64,000 nt of DNA from an uncultured virus (IMG/VR IMGVR_UViG_3300032116_000017) (lineage: Duplodnaviria; Heunggongvirae; Uroviricota; Caudoviricetes), in IMG/VR virus record IMGVR_UViG_3300032116_000017. One strand, written 5' to 3'. Position 1 is the stretch's first letter. The number at the start of each line of letters is the position of its first letter. The translations under genes and the position numbers were made by a program. The notes under the pieces are model-generated. The model saw only the letters and a program-made list of their open reading frames with translations. It made no database searches and was not told where the DNA came from. Of the stretch, positions 49,348-59,089 are shown piece after piece.

Positions 49348-50952
49348 TTATTTAACTATTGTGTGTGGTGCTGACCAATCCGACTCTGATTTAGCAAATC
49401 TGATAATTGATGATACTATGTGATTTCTATCATCTTCTGGTAGTCTTTCTACAAAATCTGTAAAGAAAATAGCTTGAAGTCTTGAGTTTATAGCAGAATC
49501 TTTTTCTTTTGTGAGATCGTTATAGAATATAGTCTTCAATTCAGCTTTAGTAAATTCATAGTTTTGATCCATATACTCTTTAAGATTTTCTAAGTCTTTT
49601 GATTTTCTAATATATGTCAGTATAGTATATGGGTTTATTGAGACATCTTTTCCAGTTATTTGTATTGTGAAGTTTTTATTTAATTCAAATTTGATAAGAG
49701 CTCCTGCTTTTCCAGACATATGCTCTGCTTTTGAAGAACCTTTAACCTCTAAAGAAATGGCTTGCTCTAATCCAGTCACAAAAGTCCTAACATCAATTTC
49801 TCCAGCTCCTTTAATTTGTGGCTCAACTTTTTCCTCAGCCCCGTCTTCAATTAATTGACCAAGCAAAGCATAGTCATAATAAATCTTAGTTCCAGTTGTA
49901 TTAGGACTTGCTTTGTATTTATTATACATATGTACGAATTTAGAAGCAGTGTCTGTATTAACTGGGAAAAATCCTGATTGTCTTTTAGTTTGTTGTTTTA
50001 GTGATACACCAACAACTCCAGTTGCATTCTTAATTGATTCTCCTAAAAAGTCATTTAGTTCCTGTAAAGAAGTCACACCTAATCTTTTAAATCTTTTTTC
50101 AACAGAATTTGTACTTAAATCTCTACAAGTCCATTCATACCCTTTAAATACTAACCAACAATCCGATGGATTCCATTTTGCAATATTTATTCTATCTGGA
50201 AGTGATGTGAATGATGAAATACCTTTTGATATTTTTTCTTTTTCTTCTTTAAGTGTATTTAAGAAAAAAGTATTAACAGAATATTTTGAAGAGTTTTTAT
50301 AAATTCCAGATAAATCACTGATACTGTCTTTATAAACATCAATAATCGACTGACATTGTTTTAACATACCTTCAACAATATTTACATTATCTTCTTCGTA
50401 TTTTTCAAATTTTTGTTTAATATCATTTCTGTATTTACCAATAGTCGCTTTTCTATAACCATCAATACCTTGACCAAATTCAATTGGTACTCTACCATCG
50501 TGATTGTAACATTCGATTGCAATTCCATAATCTTCCCACAATTTGAAAGTAAAAAGTATAACAAATACAGTTTCTCTAAAGTAATCACCTCTGGCTGATG
50601 CTCCTTTTCTATCTAACTGTTTAATCATAACAGTTTTGATTCCTTTTTTAGCTACAGCAAATGGAAATTTTAATGAAGTTGTTTTATAGATAAATAATTC
50701 AGACTTAGGATCTTTGATGTCATTTATTTTAAGCACATCTGAAAAAGTAAGTATCTTTAAAGAAGCAGGTCTTATATTGATGACTTTTTCTTCTAAATTA
50801 GGTAATTCTTCAGTATAGAATAACTGAAGTTTTGTTGTTACTTCAACATCATCTTCTTTAACTTCGGTCTTACCATCTCTTGAAAGAGCATAGTTTATAT
50901 TCCTTTTATTATCATCTAAAGTAGCCTCAAATAACGACTTAATATACTTCAT
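49348..50952 (-). CDS. N-tagged protein with PD-(D/E)XK-like nuclease motifs
   Basis: MKYIKSLFEA; FRET, KWNPSDCW, VGVSLKQ. Confidence 0.55.
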   Translation of the reverse strand: MKYIKSLFEATLDDNKRNINYALSRDGKTEVKEDDVEVTTKLQLFYTEELPNLEEKVINIRPASLKILTFSDVLKINDIKDPKSELFIYKTTSLKFPFAVAKKGIKTVMIKQLDRKGASARGDYFRETVFVILFTFKLWEDYGIAIECYNHDGRVPIEFGQGIDGYRKATIGKYRNDIKQKFEKYEEDNVNIVEGMLKQCQSIIDVYKDSISDLSGIYKNSSKYSVNTFFLNTLKEEKEKISKGISSFTSLPDRINIAKWNPSDCWLVFKGYEWTCRDLSTNSVEKRFKRLGVTSLQELNDFLGESIKNATGVVGVSLKQQTKRQSGFFPVNTDTASKFVHMYNKYKASPNTTGTKIYYDYALLGQLIEDGAEEKVEPQIKGAGEIDVRTFVTGLEQAISLEVKGSSKAEHMSGKAGALIKFELNKNFTIQITGKDVSINPYTILTYIRKSKDLENLKEYMDQNYEFTKAELKTIFYNDLTKEKDSAINSRLQAIFFTDFVERLPEDDRNHIVSSIIRFAKSESDWSAPHTIVK

Positions 50953-50975
50953 ATAGAGTATATATTAATTTTTAC

Positions 50976-51497
50976 TTACAAAATCTTATTTATTTGGATT
51001 TCTCTCCAAAGAGTTCTAAATTCTTCTCTTATTTCAAAATCATAATCGTAGCAATCCTTTTGTTGATAATAATCGTAATAGCTTTTCTGAATTTTCTTAT
51101 TTATCTCTTCGTACTTTGGTTTTACAAGATACCAAGCATCATTTTTCTCTGACCAATCTATTAGATTTTTAATTAAGTCAAAGTTTATTTTTTTAAATCC
51201 ATTAAGGAATTTAGGATTAGCCCACGAATAAAAGTAACTTCTTATTATCTCATTCTTGAAATCAAAAAATCCAGATGGATTGGTAGATAGTGGTGTAGTG
51301 AAGTAAAACTCTTCACAACTCCTCATAAGTATTTTAGTTAATTCTATTACTTTTTTAGGTAATTTATTTTCTAAAATAATATGAGGCACATCATCTATTA
51401 AAATACAAATTGGAATCTTTTGAATTTTTTTGAAATATATTATTCCTTTTGAAAAGGACCAATCTTCATTACTCGGTAGTATTTTATTTAAGTCCAT
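50976..51497 (-). CDS. Hypothetical protein with C-terminal motif
   Basis: Ends LWREIQINKIL. Confidence 0.7.
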   Translation of the reverse strand: MDLNKILPSNEDWSFSKGIIYFKKIQKIPICILIDDVPHIILENKLPKKVIELTKILMRSCEEFYFTTPLSTNPSGFFDFKNEIIRSYFYSWANPKFLNGFKKINFDLIKNLIDWSEKNDAWYLVKPKYEEINKKIQKSYYDYYQQKDCYDYDFEIREEFRTLWREIQINKIL

Positions 51498-51810
51498 TTT
51501 CTTTTAGTATTTTAAAAAACAAAACCTTATTATATTCTCTAAGCTCAAATTTTCTTTTTCCGTCTCTATAATATGGTTTATTCCTATTTGGTGAGTATTT
51601 CACTTTACTTTTTGAATCCCACATAGATGTAGTAATTGTTTTAGAATGAAAATAATCTTGCTTTTCTAAAAAATCAACTATAAGAATTTTTTTAAAGTAA
51701 TTTTTATTAGCATCTTCAGAATACCAATATCTATAACCTTGTGTGTGTCTTTTTAAACGACTCACAATTACTCTTTCTTCTATATGTCTCCGCCAGGCAC
51801 GACCTCTCAT
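51484..51810 (-). CDS. Basic hypothetical protein
   Basis: MRGRAWRRH start; TATATTTG box at 51816-51823 (-). Confidence 0.7.
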   Translation of the reverse strand: MRGRAWRRHIEERVIVSRLKRHTQGYRYWYSEDANKNYFKKILIVDFLEKQDYFHSKTITTSMWDSKSKVKYSPNRNKPYYRDGKRKFELREYNKVLFFKILKENGLK

Positions 51811-51827
51811 AATCGCAAATATAAGAT

Positions 51828-52145
51828 TTATTTTAGAATTTCAGAAATCTTCTCATCTCTATCTATTGAATAAGTATCTATAATGAAAATTGGACTACCA
51901 TCTATTCTTGACCTACTTATAAACTTAGCCCAGTATTTCTGACCAAAGTATTTTTTATCAATAAGGTTTTTTCTTACCGTTTCATCTTCAGAACTCCAAT
52001 CGTATCGATGATTTAAGTCATCAATAATTTCAAAAGATTTGTCGAAACAAATAAGTTGGTCTTTGGATTCTAAACCAATTTTTTTTATTAGAATTGTCAT
52101 TTCAGTAATTCTACTTTTCTTAAGTCTGAATTCTTTCCAAACCAA
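51828..52145 (-). CDS. Hypothetical protein with C-terminal motif
   Basis: Ends IDRDEKISEILK; true start probably MTILIKK. Confidence 0.65.
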   Translation of the reverse strand: MVWKEFRLKKSRITEMTILIKKIGLESKDQLICFDKSFEIIDDLNHRYDWSSEDETVRKNLIDKKYFGQKYWAKFISRSRIDGSPIFIIDTYSIDRDEKISEILK

Positions 52146-53941
52146 GTTTCAAGTGATGATTTTGAAGCCTCATCTTTTGTAATCATTGTCATTCTTGGCG
52201 AATTAATGATATCTTGATACTCATCATCGACAAGAGCTGCCAAACCTTTCTTATACTTAATCTCGTATTGTTTTGGATCATTCTTACTTTCCCATTCATT
52301 GTATTCGGTCTGTGAGTAAAAAAGAATTTTCTTTTTACCCTTTTGTTTTGGAATGGCAACAACAATCGGAGTTTCTACTTTCCAAATCATTTTCCTGTCA
52401 AACATATCTGGCCAATATTTATGAAAGAAGTTAATAAGAAGTCCCGCGATGGAATTCCCATCGACATCAGCATCTACATAAAAAAGTATTCGACCATATC
52501 TTAAAGATTTTAAATCAATTTCTTGACCTAACTTCAGTCCAATTGCCGCCATCAAATTAACCACTTCATCATTTCCAACCAGTTTTTGATTAGTCATCTC
52601 AGATACATTAACAAACTTTCCTTTAAGTGCAAAAGCACCCATCGTCTCCGGAGTCCTGTATTTTCTAAAAGCTGAAATAGCGGAGTCTCCCTCGAATAAT
52701 CCAATGGAACATTTCCAACGATCTTTTCCTTTAGCATCAATTAGTTTTTCAACTTTGATTTTAGATAACTTTTTATTTAATTCTCTTTGAAGTTTTGAGT
52801 CTTCAGCACTTTTCTTTTGTTGAATCCAGTCTAAAATAGAATTGACAATCTCAGATTTAAGAATAGATTGGATTAATTTATTTGGAACCTCATAAGTTGA
52901 ACCAAAGTCTTTAACTTCTGTAATTAGTTTCTCTTTTGTTTGAGAAGAAAATGATGGATTAATTATAGTAGAATCTAAGAAAAGAAACATATGTTGTTTT
53001 AACTCTGAGGGTTTAACATCAACTTTGTGTTTTTTCATAAAGAATTCTCTTAGAGATACTACTATTTGATTCATAATATAATCAACGTGTGTTCCTCCAT
53101 CATAAGTTTCTGTTGAGTTAGCAAAACTAACTTGTTGAAATCCATTTTCGGAAAGAGCAATTGCAAATGACCAGTTTTTATCTTTTGATGTTTCATAGAA
53201 ATAATCTTTGACATATAATTTTATGTAATCTTCAAATGAATTGAAATTTATCAAATTCCCATTAAATGTGAATTTGATACTTGGGTTTGTTCCTGCTAAA
53301 TCATAAACTCTTTTCTCTAACATTTTGAAATGATCATTATCTATTTTAGACAATCCAAACTGAGATAGGTCTGGTTTATATTTTATTTCTGTGTGATTTG
53401 ACTTTGACTTTTTAACAATTGGATTATTCCTATCTCTCATATTGTTTTTGAATGTTTGTGTAAAATGATTCTTACCATCACATGTAGAGATAGTGAATTC
53501 GACAGAGAAGACATTAGTAAGCTTTGCGCCTAGTCCATTTAAACCAGCTACTGTTCTCTCATCACTGTCATCATAATTACTACCCGACATTAAATTACCA
53601 AATATAACTTCTGGGACATATTGATCATGTTCTTTGTGAATCACAACCGGTATCCCTCCATTATCTTTAACCGTTATCAAATTATTTTCAGTATCAACAA
53701 CAACATCTATTTTATTTAAACTTTTGTTTCTTTTGTGTTCATCAACTGAATTTGTAACAACTTCGTCAAATATTTTAACAAATGATGGTATATATGTTAT
53801 TTCTCTTTGTAAGATTTTATTATCATCTATTATGTTTTTAACAGAGGTATTGGGTTTATTCGAACCAACATATGTCTGTGGTCTGAGTAAGATATGTGTT
53901 ATTTGATCTAATACTTTATACTTATCTTCTATTTTTTTCAC
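52097..53941 (-). CDS. Type IIA topoisomerase ATPase/TOPRIM subunit (T4 gp39+gp60-like)
   Basis: HILLRPQTYVGS, EVVTNSVD, DNGGIP, GLNGLGAKLTN, EGDSA, DADVDG, YKKGL. Confidence 0.95.
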   Translation of the reverse strand: MKKIEDKYKVLDQITHILLRPQTYVGSNKPNTSVKNIIDDNKILQREITYIPSFVKIFDEVVTNSVDEHKRNKSLNKIDVVVDTENNLITVKDNGGIPVVIHKEHDQYVPEVIFGNLMSGSNYDDSDERTVAGLNGLGAKLTNVFSVEFTISTCDGKNHFTQTFKNNMRDRNNPIVKKSKSNHTEIKYKPDLSQFGLSKIDNDHFKMLEKRVYDLAGTNPSIKFTFNGNLINFNSFEDYIKLYVKDYFYETSKDKNWSFAIALSENGFQQVSFANSTETYDGGTHVDYIMNQIVVSLREFFMKKHKVDVKPSELKQHMFLFLDSTIINPSFSSQTKEKLITEVKDFGSTYEVPNKLIQSILKSEIVNSILDWIQQKKSAEDSKLQRELNKKLSKIKVEKLIDAKGKDRWKCSIGLFEGDSAISAFRKYRTPETMGAFALKGKFVNVSEMTNQKLVGNDEVVNLMAAIGLKLGQEIDLKSLRYGRILFYVDADVDGNSIAGLLINFFHKYWPDMFDRKMIWKVETPIVVAIPKQKGKKKILFYSQTEYNEWESKNDPKQYEIKYKKGLAALVDDEYQDIINSPRMTMITKDEASKSSLETWFGKNSDLRKVELLK

Positions 53942-55076
53942 TTTTAAAAATTTCTTTTTTAATTATTTCTATTAATTCTGTTTGTTTTGTTTTTAAATCA
54001 TCATCACTATATACATGAAAATATTTAAATCCAGCACTTTCCGCTATTTCTTTTTTTAATCTATCAATTTTTATTTTTTCATCATAACTCATACCATATG
54101 CACCCACCCAATCTAAATCATTTTCTTTAGGATGAAAAGAAATACCATGATATTCAATTATTATTTTTAATGGTTTGATAGTAAAGTCATAAAAAAATAA
54201 ACATTTATCTAAGTTTATAAACCACTCTTTTGATGACCCAACTCCCCAATAAATATCATTTTTATCAATTCCATTATTTCTAATATATTTATATATCTCT
54301 TTTAAAAAATAGTATGCTTCTTTAGATGATTTGTTTATACCAACAACTCTTTTTGATGTTATTTGATTAAATATCTTATTTCCTTCTTCTAATCCATATT
54401 TATCTATATAAAATTTTCTCGAAGAGGTATATGATAATTGATTTAATCTATTATTATATTTAATCAATCCTTCCTCATCACCATATCTATTCACAAAAGA
54501 CTCCAATGAATTAGTATTTTGTCTTTCATTTAGTTTTTTTATAGATTCTTCTTCGCTAAATCCTCTTTTTAACCAATATTGTAATTGTGTCTCGGTTCTA
54601 TCAATATATTTTTCCGGATATTCTATTGCTTTTTTAATAAATTTTTCTGAGTTTTCTTTCTGAAATTCTTTTACTTTATTTTCAGAGTCTATATTATTAT
54701 ATCCTCTTTCTATCCAGTATTCTATATTACATTTTCTAAAAGATCTTATTTTAAATAATGCCTCTTCTTCTGTATAAAAATTTCCAGTTTTTTCATTTAT
54801 TTTATTTTTCCAATTTTCAACTTTCATTGGAGATGATGGCATTTTTTTAACTACTCTTTTTAGATTTGTTTCTTCTTCTGACCATCCTCTTTTAATCCAA
54901 TATATTTTTTTATCAGATCCCACTGGTGGTAAGTCAAGCATTTTTCTAACAAATTGTAAAATTTTATATTTACATTTGATATCAGTTTTTAAAATAGCAT
55001 CTATAACTTTCTTCTCAACTTCTGGATGGAGATTTTTAACTTTATTATCTATAACTTCTTTTACTTTATCAATCAC
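53922..55076 (-). CDS. Probable homing endonuclease (repeats plus Vsr/DUF559-like domain)
   Basis: Repeated YW.(K/E)RG(W/Y/F) and KYG units; C-terminal FFYDF...IIIEYHG..FH. Confidence 0.65.
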   Translation of the reverse strand: MIDKVKEVIDNKVKNLHPEVEKKVIDAILKTDIKCKYKILQFVRKMLDLPPVGSDKKIYWIKRGWSEEETNLKRVVKKMPSSPMKVENWKNKINEKTGNFYTEEEALFKIRSFRKCNIEYWIERGYNNIDSENKVKEFQKENSEKFIKKAIEYPEKYIDRTETQLQYWLKRGFSEEESIKKLNERQNTNSLESFVNRYGDEEGLIKYNNRLNQLSYTSSRKFYIDKYGLEEGNKIFNQITSKRVVGINKSSKEAYYFLKEIYKYIRNNGIDKNDIYWGVGSSKEWFINLDKCLFFYDFTIKPLKIIIEYHGISFHPKENDLDWVGAYGMSYDEKIKIDRLKKEIAESAGFKYFHVYSDDDLKTKQTELIEIIKKEIFKSEKNRR

Positions 55077-55175
55077 AACTAATGGTTCCGTTTTTACTTA
55101 TATATTAAATAAAAAAGATATAATTTATCCATAGTAGATTTAGTTTGTGATTGAAAGAAAGTATTTGTTTATTTC

Positions 55176-55871
55176 CTACATTGATTCAACATCATCCCAA
55201 TTATCTTCTCCTTTTAAAGGAATACGAGGATTTACATCAAAATTTTGATTTAAAAATTGCTTTAATTCATTTTCGATATAATTATCTGGAACAACCATAT
55301 CTGGATTTTCCAAACTCATTTTTTTAGACAATTCAAATGAGAATTGTTGAAGAACTTCTGGTCTAATTGCAGCTACTAATCTATCCGATACAACAAATGC
55401 TCTTGTGAATCTATCTTTAACAGGTATTTCTCCTTCAGCCACTTTCATTGAGCTATCTATAAAGCTTTTTAGAAAACCCTCATAACTATGTGATGAATCT
55501 TGTAAAATAGGTGCTAATATTTTATTAAAAGCTCTTGTAGATCCAAAAATCATTCCAAATATTGCTGCTATTGGAAAGAATGGAGCAAGAGCCATTGGAA
55601 CTATTCTATGAATAGCTTTAACTATTCCAACTTTCAAGTCTGTTCTCTTTTTAGCTGTTTGTGCATCTAGGAATAAAGCTCTTAGCATCCCAAATTTAAT
55701 TTGTTTATCTTGTGTTTTTAAATAATCAGCCAAGTGACCTCTGTGTGCAAAATAAAGATGACGATTGATTTCATCTTCGTCAGTTATGCCAAGTCTTTGT
55801 AATTCGGCTTTGAAATTATCATCAAATTTCTCTAATATAAGGAACTGATTATACCTATTAATTTTTTTCAT
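55176..55871 (-). CDS. N-tagged protein with a hydrophobic segment
   Basis: MKKINRYNQFLILE; TAATATATA upstream. Confidence 0.7.
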   Translation of the reverse strand: MKKINRYNQFLILEKFDDNFKAELQRLGITDEDEINRHLYFAHRGHLADYLKTQDKQIKFGMLRALFLDAQTAKKRTDLKVGIVKAIHRIVPMALAPFFPIAAIFGMIFGSTRAFNKILAPILQDSSHSYEGFLKSFIDSSMKVAEGEIPVKDRFTRAFVVSDRLVAAIRPEVLQQFSFELSKKMSLENPDMVVPDNYIENELKQFLNQNFDVNPRIPLKGEDNWDDVESM

Positions 55872-55981
55872 TAATCTATATATTAATTATTTAATATTAA
55901 TTTAACATTTTAAAACCTTTTATAATTTGATTTTTTAATTGATTTTTAAACTAAGGTAATTTTTTATAGAATAAATAAGAT

Positions 55982-56947
55982 ATGAAAATTCTATATGGAA
56001 TTCAACTTAACGGAAATGGTCATATAACAAGATCTATAGAACTAATCAATAAATTAAAGTCAGTTGGATATGAGGTTGATGTTATATCTTCTGGTAATAA
56101 CTCTAATTTAGAATTACCATTTGAACATAATCATTTTGATGGGTTATCAATATTTTGTAATGACTCTGGATCAATTGATTGGAGAAAAACAATAAAACAA
56201 GCTAATATTATAAAATTAATAAAAGATTCAATGCTAGATGTAAGTGGATATGACTTAGTTATATCTGACTTTGAGCCTATATCTGCTTGGTCTGCCAAAA
56301 GATGTGGTGTTAAATCATTAGGAATTGCTAATCAATATTCTTTAATGTCAAATAAGACACCTAAGATTAAAAGTTTATTCTCATTACAGTTTATAAGAAA
56401 TTTTGCATCTTGTAGTGAATACATCGCACTTAGTTATGAAAAATTTGATGATTTTATTTATCAGCCATTTATATCTGATTACTTTTTAAAAAGTGAAGTA
56501 AATGATAAGAAATTCTTTTTAATTTATTTACCATCTTATAATTTAGATTATATACTAAACCAATTATCTGAATTTAAACAATATAAATGGAGAGTTTACT
56601 CCAATGAAGAACATTCAAATGAATTGAAAAATATAAAAGTTATAAAACTAAATAAAGATAAATTTCAAAAAGACTTAACTAATTGTAGTGGTGTTATAAC
56701 CGCATCTGGTTTTTCAACAACATCAGAGGCTCTGATACTAAACAAAAAACTATGGTCAATTCCTATTCAAAGTCAGTATGAGCAATTATCTAATTCTTTA
56801 CTATTGCAAAATATGGGTGTTTTTACTGATAATTTAAACAGTGATAACTTAAAAAATTGGCTAGATAATTATCAAAAAGTTGATTACAAATGGGAAAATC
56901 CAATAGAAGACATTCTATTAAAAATTAAAAACATATATGAAGGTTAA
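55982..56947 (+). CDS. GT-B glycosyltransferase (MJ1255/VC2487-like)
   Basis: MKILYGIQLNGNGHITRS, DLVISDFEPISAW, GVITASGFSTTSEAL, IPIQSQYEQ..N. Confidence 0.88.
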   Translation: MKILYGIQLNGNGHITRSIELINKLKSVGYEVDVISSGNNSNLELPFEHNHFDGLSIFCNDSGSIDWRKTIKQANIIKLIKDSMLDVSGYDLVISDFEPISAWSAKRCGVKSLGIANQYSLMSNKTPKIKSLFSLQFIRNFASCSEYIALSYEKFDDFIYQPFISDYFLKSEVNDKKFFLIYLPSYNLDYILNQLSEFKQYKWRVYSNEEHSNELKNIKVIKLNKDKFQKDLTNCSGVITASGFSTTSEALILNKKLWSIPIQSQYEQLSNSLLLQNMGVFTDNLNSDNLKNWLDNYQKVDYKWENPIEDILLKIKNIYEG

Positions 56948-57671
56948 AACATTATTTATATCTGATGTGCATTTAGGAACATCGAAATGTCAAGCAGATA
57001 AATTACTAAATGTACTTAGAGACTACGATTATCAAGAATTAGTGATTGTTGGTGACTTTATAGATCTTACTTCACTTAAAAGAAAGTTTTACTGGAAAGC
57101 AGATCACTCAACTGTTATACAAAAGATTTTGAGAGCATCCAGAAAAGGAACTAAAGTTACATATATCTTAGGAAATCACGATTACTTCTTAAGAGGTTTG
57201 ATAAAAGAAGATAATATAAATTTAGGAGATATTCTTATTTGTGATGAGTATTTCTATAAAACATCAAAAGGTGAGACAATTTATATTTGCCACGGTGACC
57301 AATTTGATGGTTTTATTAGGCTACACCCTTTCTTATATGTTTTAGGTGACTGGGCTTATGAGATAAGTTTTAGAATTAATAAATGGTATAATAAAATCAG
57401 AAGATTTTTTGGATTAGAATATTGGTCTTTATCACAATATCTTAAATCAAAAGTTAAGAATGCTATTTCATTTATTAATGATTTTAAGATTTTATCAATG
57501 AAAAGACTGGAAGAAGTTGAATGTGATTCAATTATGATAGGTCATATTCACACACCAGCAATTGAAAAAATAGGTGAAAAAACTTACTATAATACCGGTG
57601 ACTTCTGTGAAAGTTGCTCATTTTTATATGAAGATTTAAGTGGTGATATCAAACTTGTTATATTGGATTAG
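56937..57671 (+). CDS. Metallophosphoesterase, LpxH/PlcP-like
   Basis: LFISDVHLG, VGDFID, YW...HSTVIQKILR..RKGT.V.YILGNHD, HGDQFD, GHIH, NTGD. Confidence 0.88.
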   Translation: MKVKTLFISDVHLGTSKCQADKLLNVLRDYDYQELVIVGDFIDLTSLKRKFYWKADHSTVIQKILRASRKGTKVTYILGNHDYFLRGLIKEDNINLGDILICDEYFYKTSKGETIYICHGDQFDGFIRLHPFLYVLGDWAYEISFRINKWYNKIRRFFGLEYWSLSQYLKSKVKNAISFINDFKILSMKRLEEVECDSIMIGHIHTPAIEKIGEKTYYNTGDFCESCSFLYEDLSGDIKLVILD

Positions 57672-57707
57672 ATAAAAACAAAAATAAGTTTTTACTATAT
57701 ACGAGTT

Positions 57708-59051
57708 ATGATGACAGAAAAAAGTATATCACAGTTCTTATCCGATGAATATAAAGAGTTTGCAATGTATGTAATCGAAGGAAGAGCTATTCCTTCTGTA
57801 ATTGACGGTTTTAAACCAACTCAAAGAAAGATTATTCATATTGCAAATCAAATCTGGAAAACAGGTAATGAAAAAACACTTAAAGTGTTTCAATTAAGTG
57901 GTAAAGTAGCCAGTGATTGTTTTTATCATCATGGAGATGCCAGCCTTTCTAACGCCATCATTACGATGGCTCAAAGGTTTAAAAACAATGCACCTCTTTT
58001 AGAAGAAGAAGGTCAATTCGGATCACTTCGTTCTCCACAACCTGGAGCACCTCGTTATATTGGAACTAAATTGTCTGAAAATTTCAAATTAATTTATAAA
58101 GATTTTGACCTACTAAAATTTAAAGAAGAAGAAGGTGAAGTTATTGAACCACATTATTTCCTACCAATTGTTCCTACTGTTTTATTGAATGGATCATCTG
58201 GAATTGCGGTAGGATTTGCTTCAAATATTCTTAACAGAGACATTAAAACTATAATTGATGCTTGTTTAAGAGTTATTAATGGAAAAGAACCAGGTGAAAT
58301 TAGTCCTTCCCTTAATGGATTTACAGGTGAATATATTCAAGATACTGAAAACAAAAAAAGATGGATAATACGTGGAAAATTTGTAAGAGCCAATACATCA
58401 ACTGTTAAAATAACAGAACTTCCTCCATCAATGACATATGAGAAGTATGAGGACATCTTAGATAAGTTAGTTGATGATAAAGTTATTGTTTCTTATGATG
58501 ATAATTGCAAAGATAATATCGATTATACAATTAAATTTACAAGATCTGATTTGGAAAAGTTAGATGATGAAAAGTTAATTAAACTATTAAAGTTAGAGGA
58601 ATCATCGACTGAAATATTTTCAACTTTAGATGAAGGTGGTAAGTTAATGATATTTGAATGCACACAAGAAATTATTAAATATTTTGTAAATTTCAGATTA
58701 GAATATTATCATAAACGAAAAGCTTATTTACTTGAAAGAATGAATAGAGATTTAAAAATTCTTTCAAACAGAGGTAAGTTCATCAAAGCAATATTAGATG
58801 AAAAACTAAAAGTTAATAATGTTCTCAAAATTGAAATTATCAAAGGAATAGAAGAGATGGGATTGGAAAAGATTGATGATTCTTTTGATTATCTTTTAAG
58901 AATGCCAATCTACTCATTAACAAAAGAGGTATTTGATAAATTAAAAGCTGACTTTGTTGAGAAGAAAGCTGAAATCCAAAAGATGGAACAAACAGATCCA
59001 AAAGATATGTATGTTGATGATTTAAATGAATTGAAGAAAAAGTTTAAATAA
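57708..59051 (+). CDS. Type IIA topoisomerase breakage-reunion subunit (T4 gp52-like)
   Basis: RAIPSVIDGFKPTQRK, YHHGDAS, GQFGS, catalytic APRY, NGSSGIAVGFA. Confidence 0.95.
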   Translation: MMTEKSISQFLSDEYKEFAMYVIEGRAIPSVIDGFKPTQRKIIHIANQIWKTGNEKTLKVFQLSGKVASDCFYHHGDASLSNAIITMAQRFKNNAPLLEEEGQFGSLRSPQPGAPRYIGTKLSENFKLIYKDFDLLKFKEEEGEVIEPHYFLPIVPTVLLNGSSGIAVGFASNILNRDIKTIIDACLRVINGKEPGEISPSLNGFTGEYIQDTENKKRWIIRGKFVRANTSTVKITELPPSMTYEKYEDILDKLVDDKVIVSYDDNCKDNIDYTIKFTRSDLEKLDDEKLIKLLKLEESSTEIFSTLDEGGKLMIFECTQEIIKYFVNFRLEYYHKRKAYLLERMNRDLKILSNRGKFIKAILDEKLKVNNVLKIEIIKGIEEMGLEKIDDSFDYLLRMPIYSLTKEVFDKLKADFVEKKAEIQKMEQTDPKDMYVDDLNELKKKFK

Positions 59052-59089
59052 TCAGATTTTATTATTATATTTGTCTAAAATATATTTTA

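Noticed and set aside
5534..53906. Short ORFs nested in or antisense to long genes (e.g. 5534, 7930, 8883, 13655, 14017, 14370, 16107, 17460, 18471, 20568, 26675, 27720, 29490, 33984, 37752, 39912, 40642, 41428, 45166, 49667, 49913, 50382, 53724)
   Set aside because: They overlap well-supported genes and show no motifs or promoter context; most likely shadow frames.
8458..59051. Introns or inteins in nrdB, dnaK, prkA or the topoisomerase genes
   Set aside because: All are of ordinary length with contiguous motifs; no splice-junction signatures seen.
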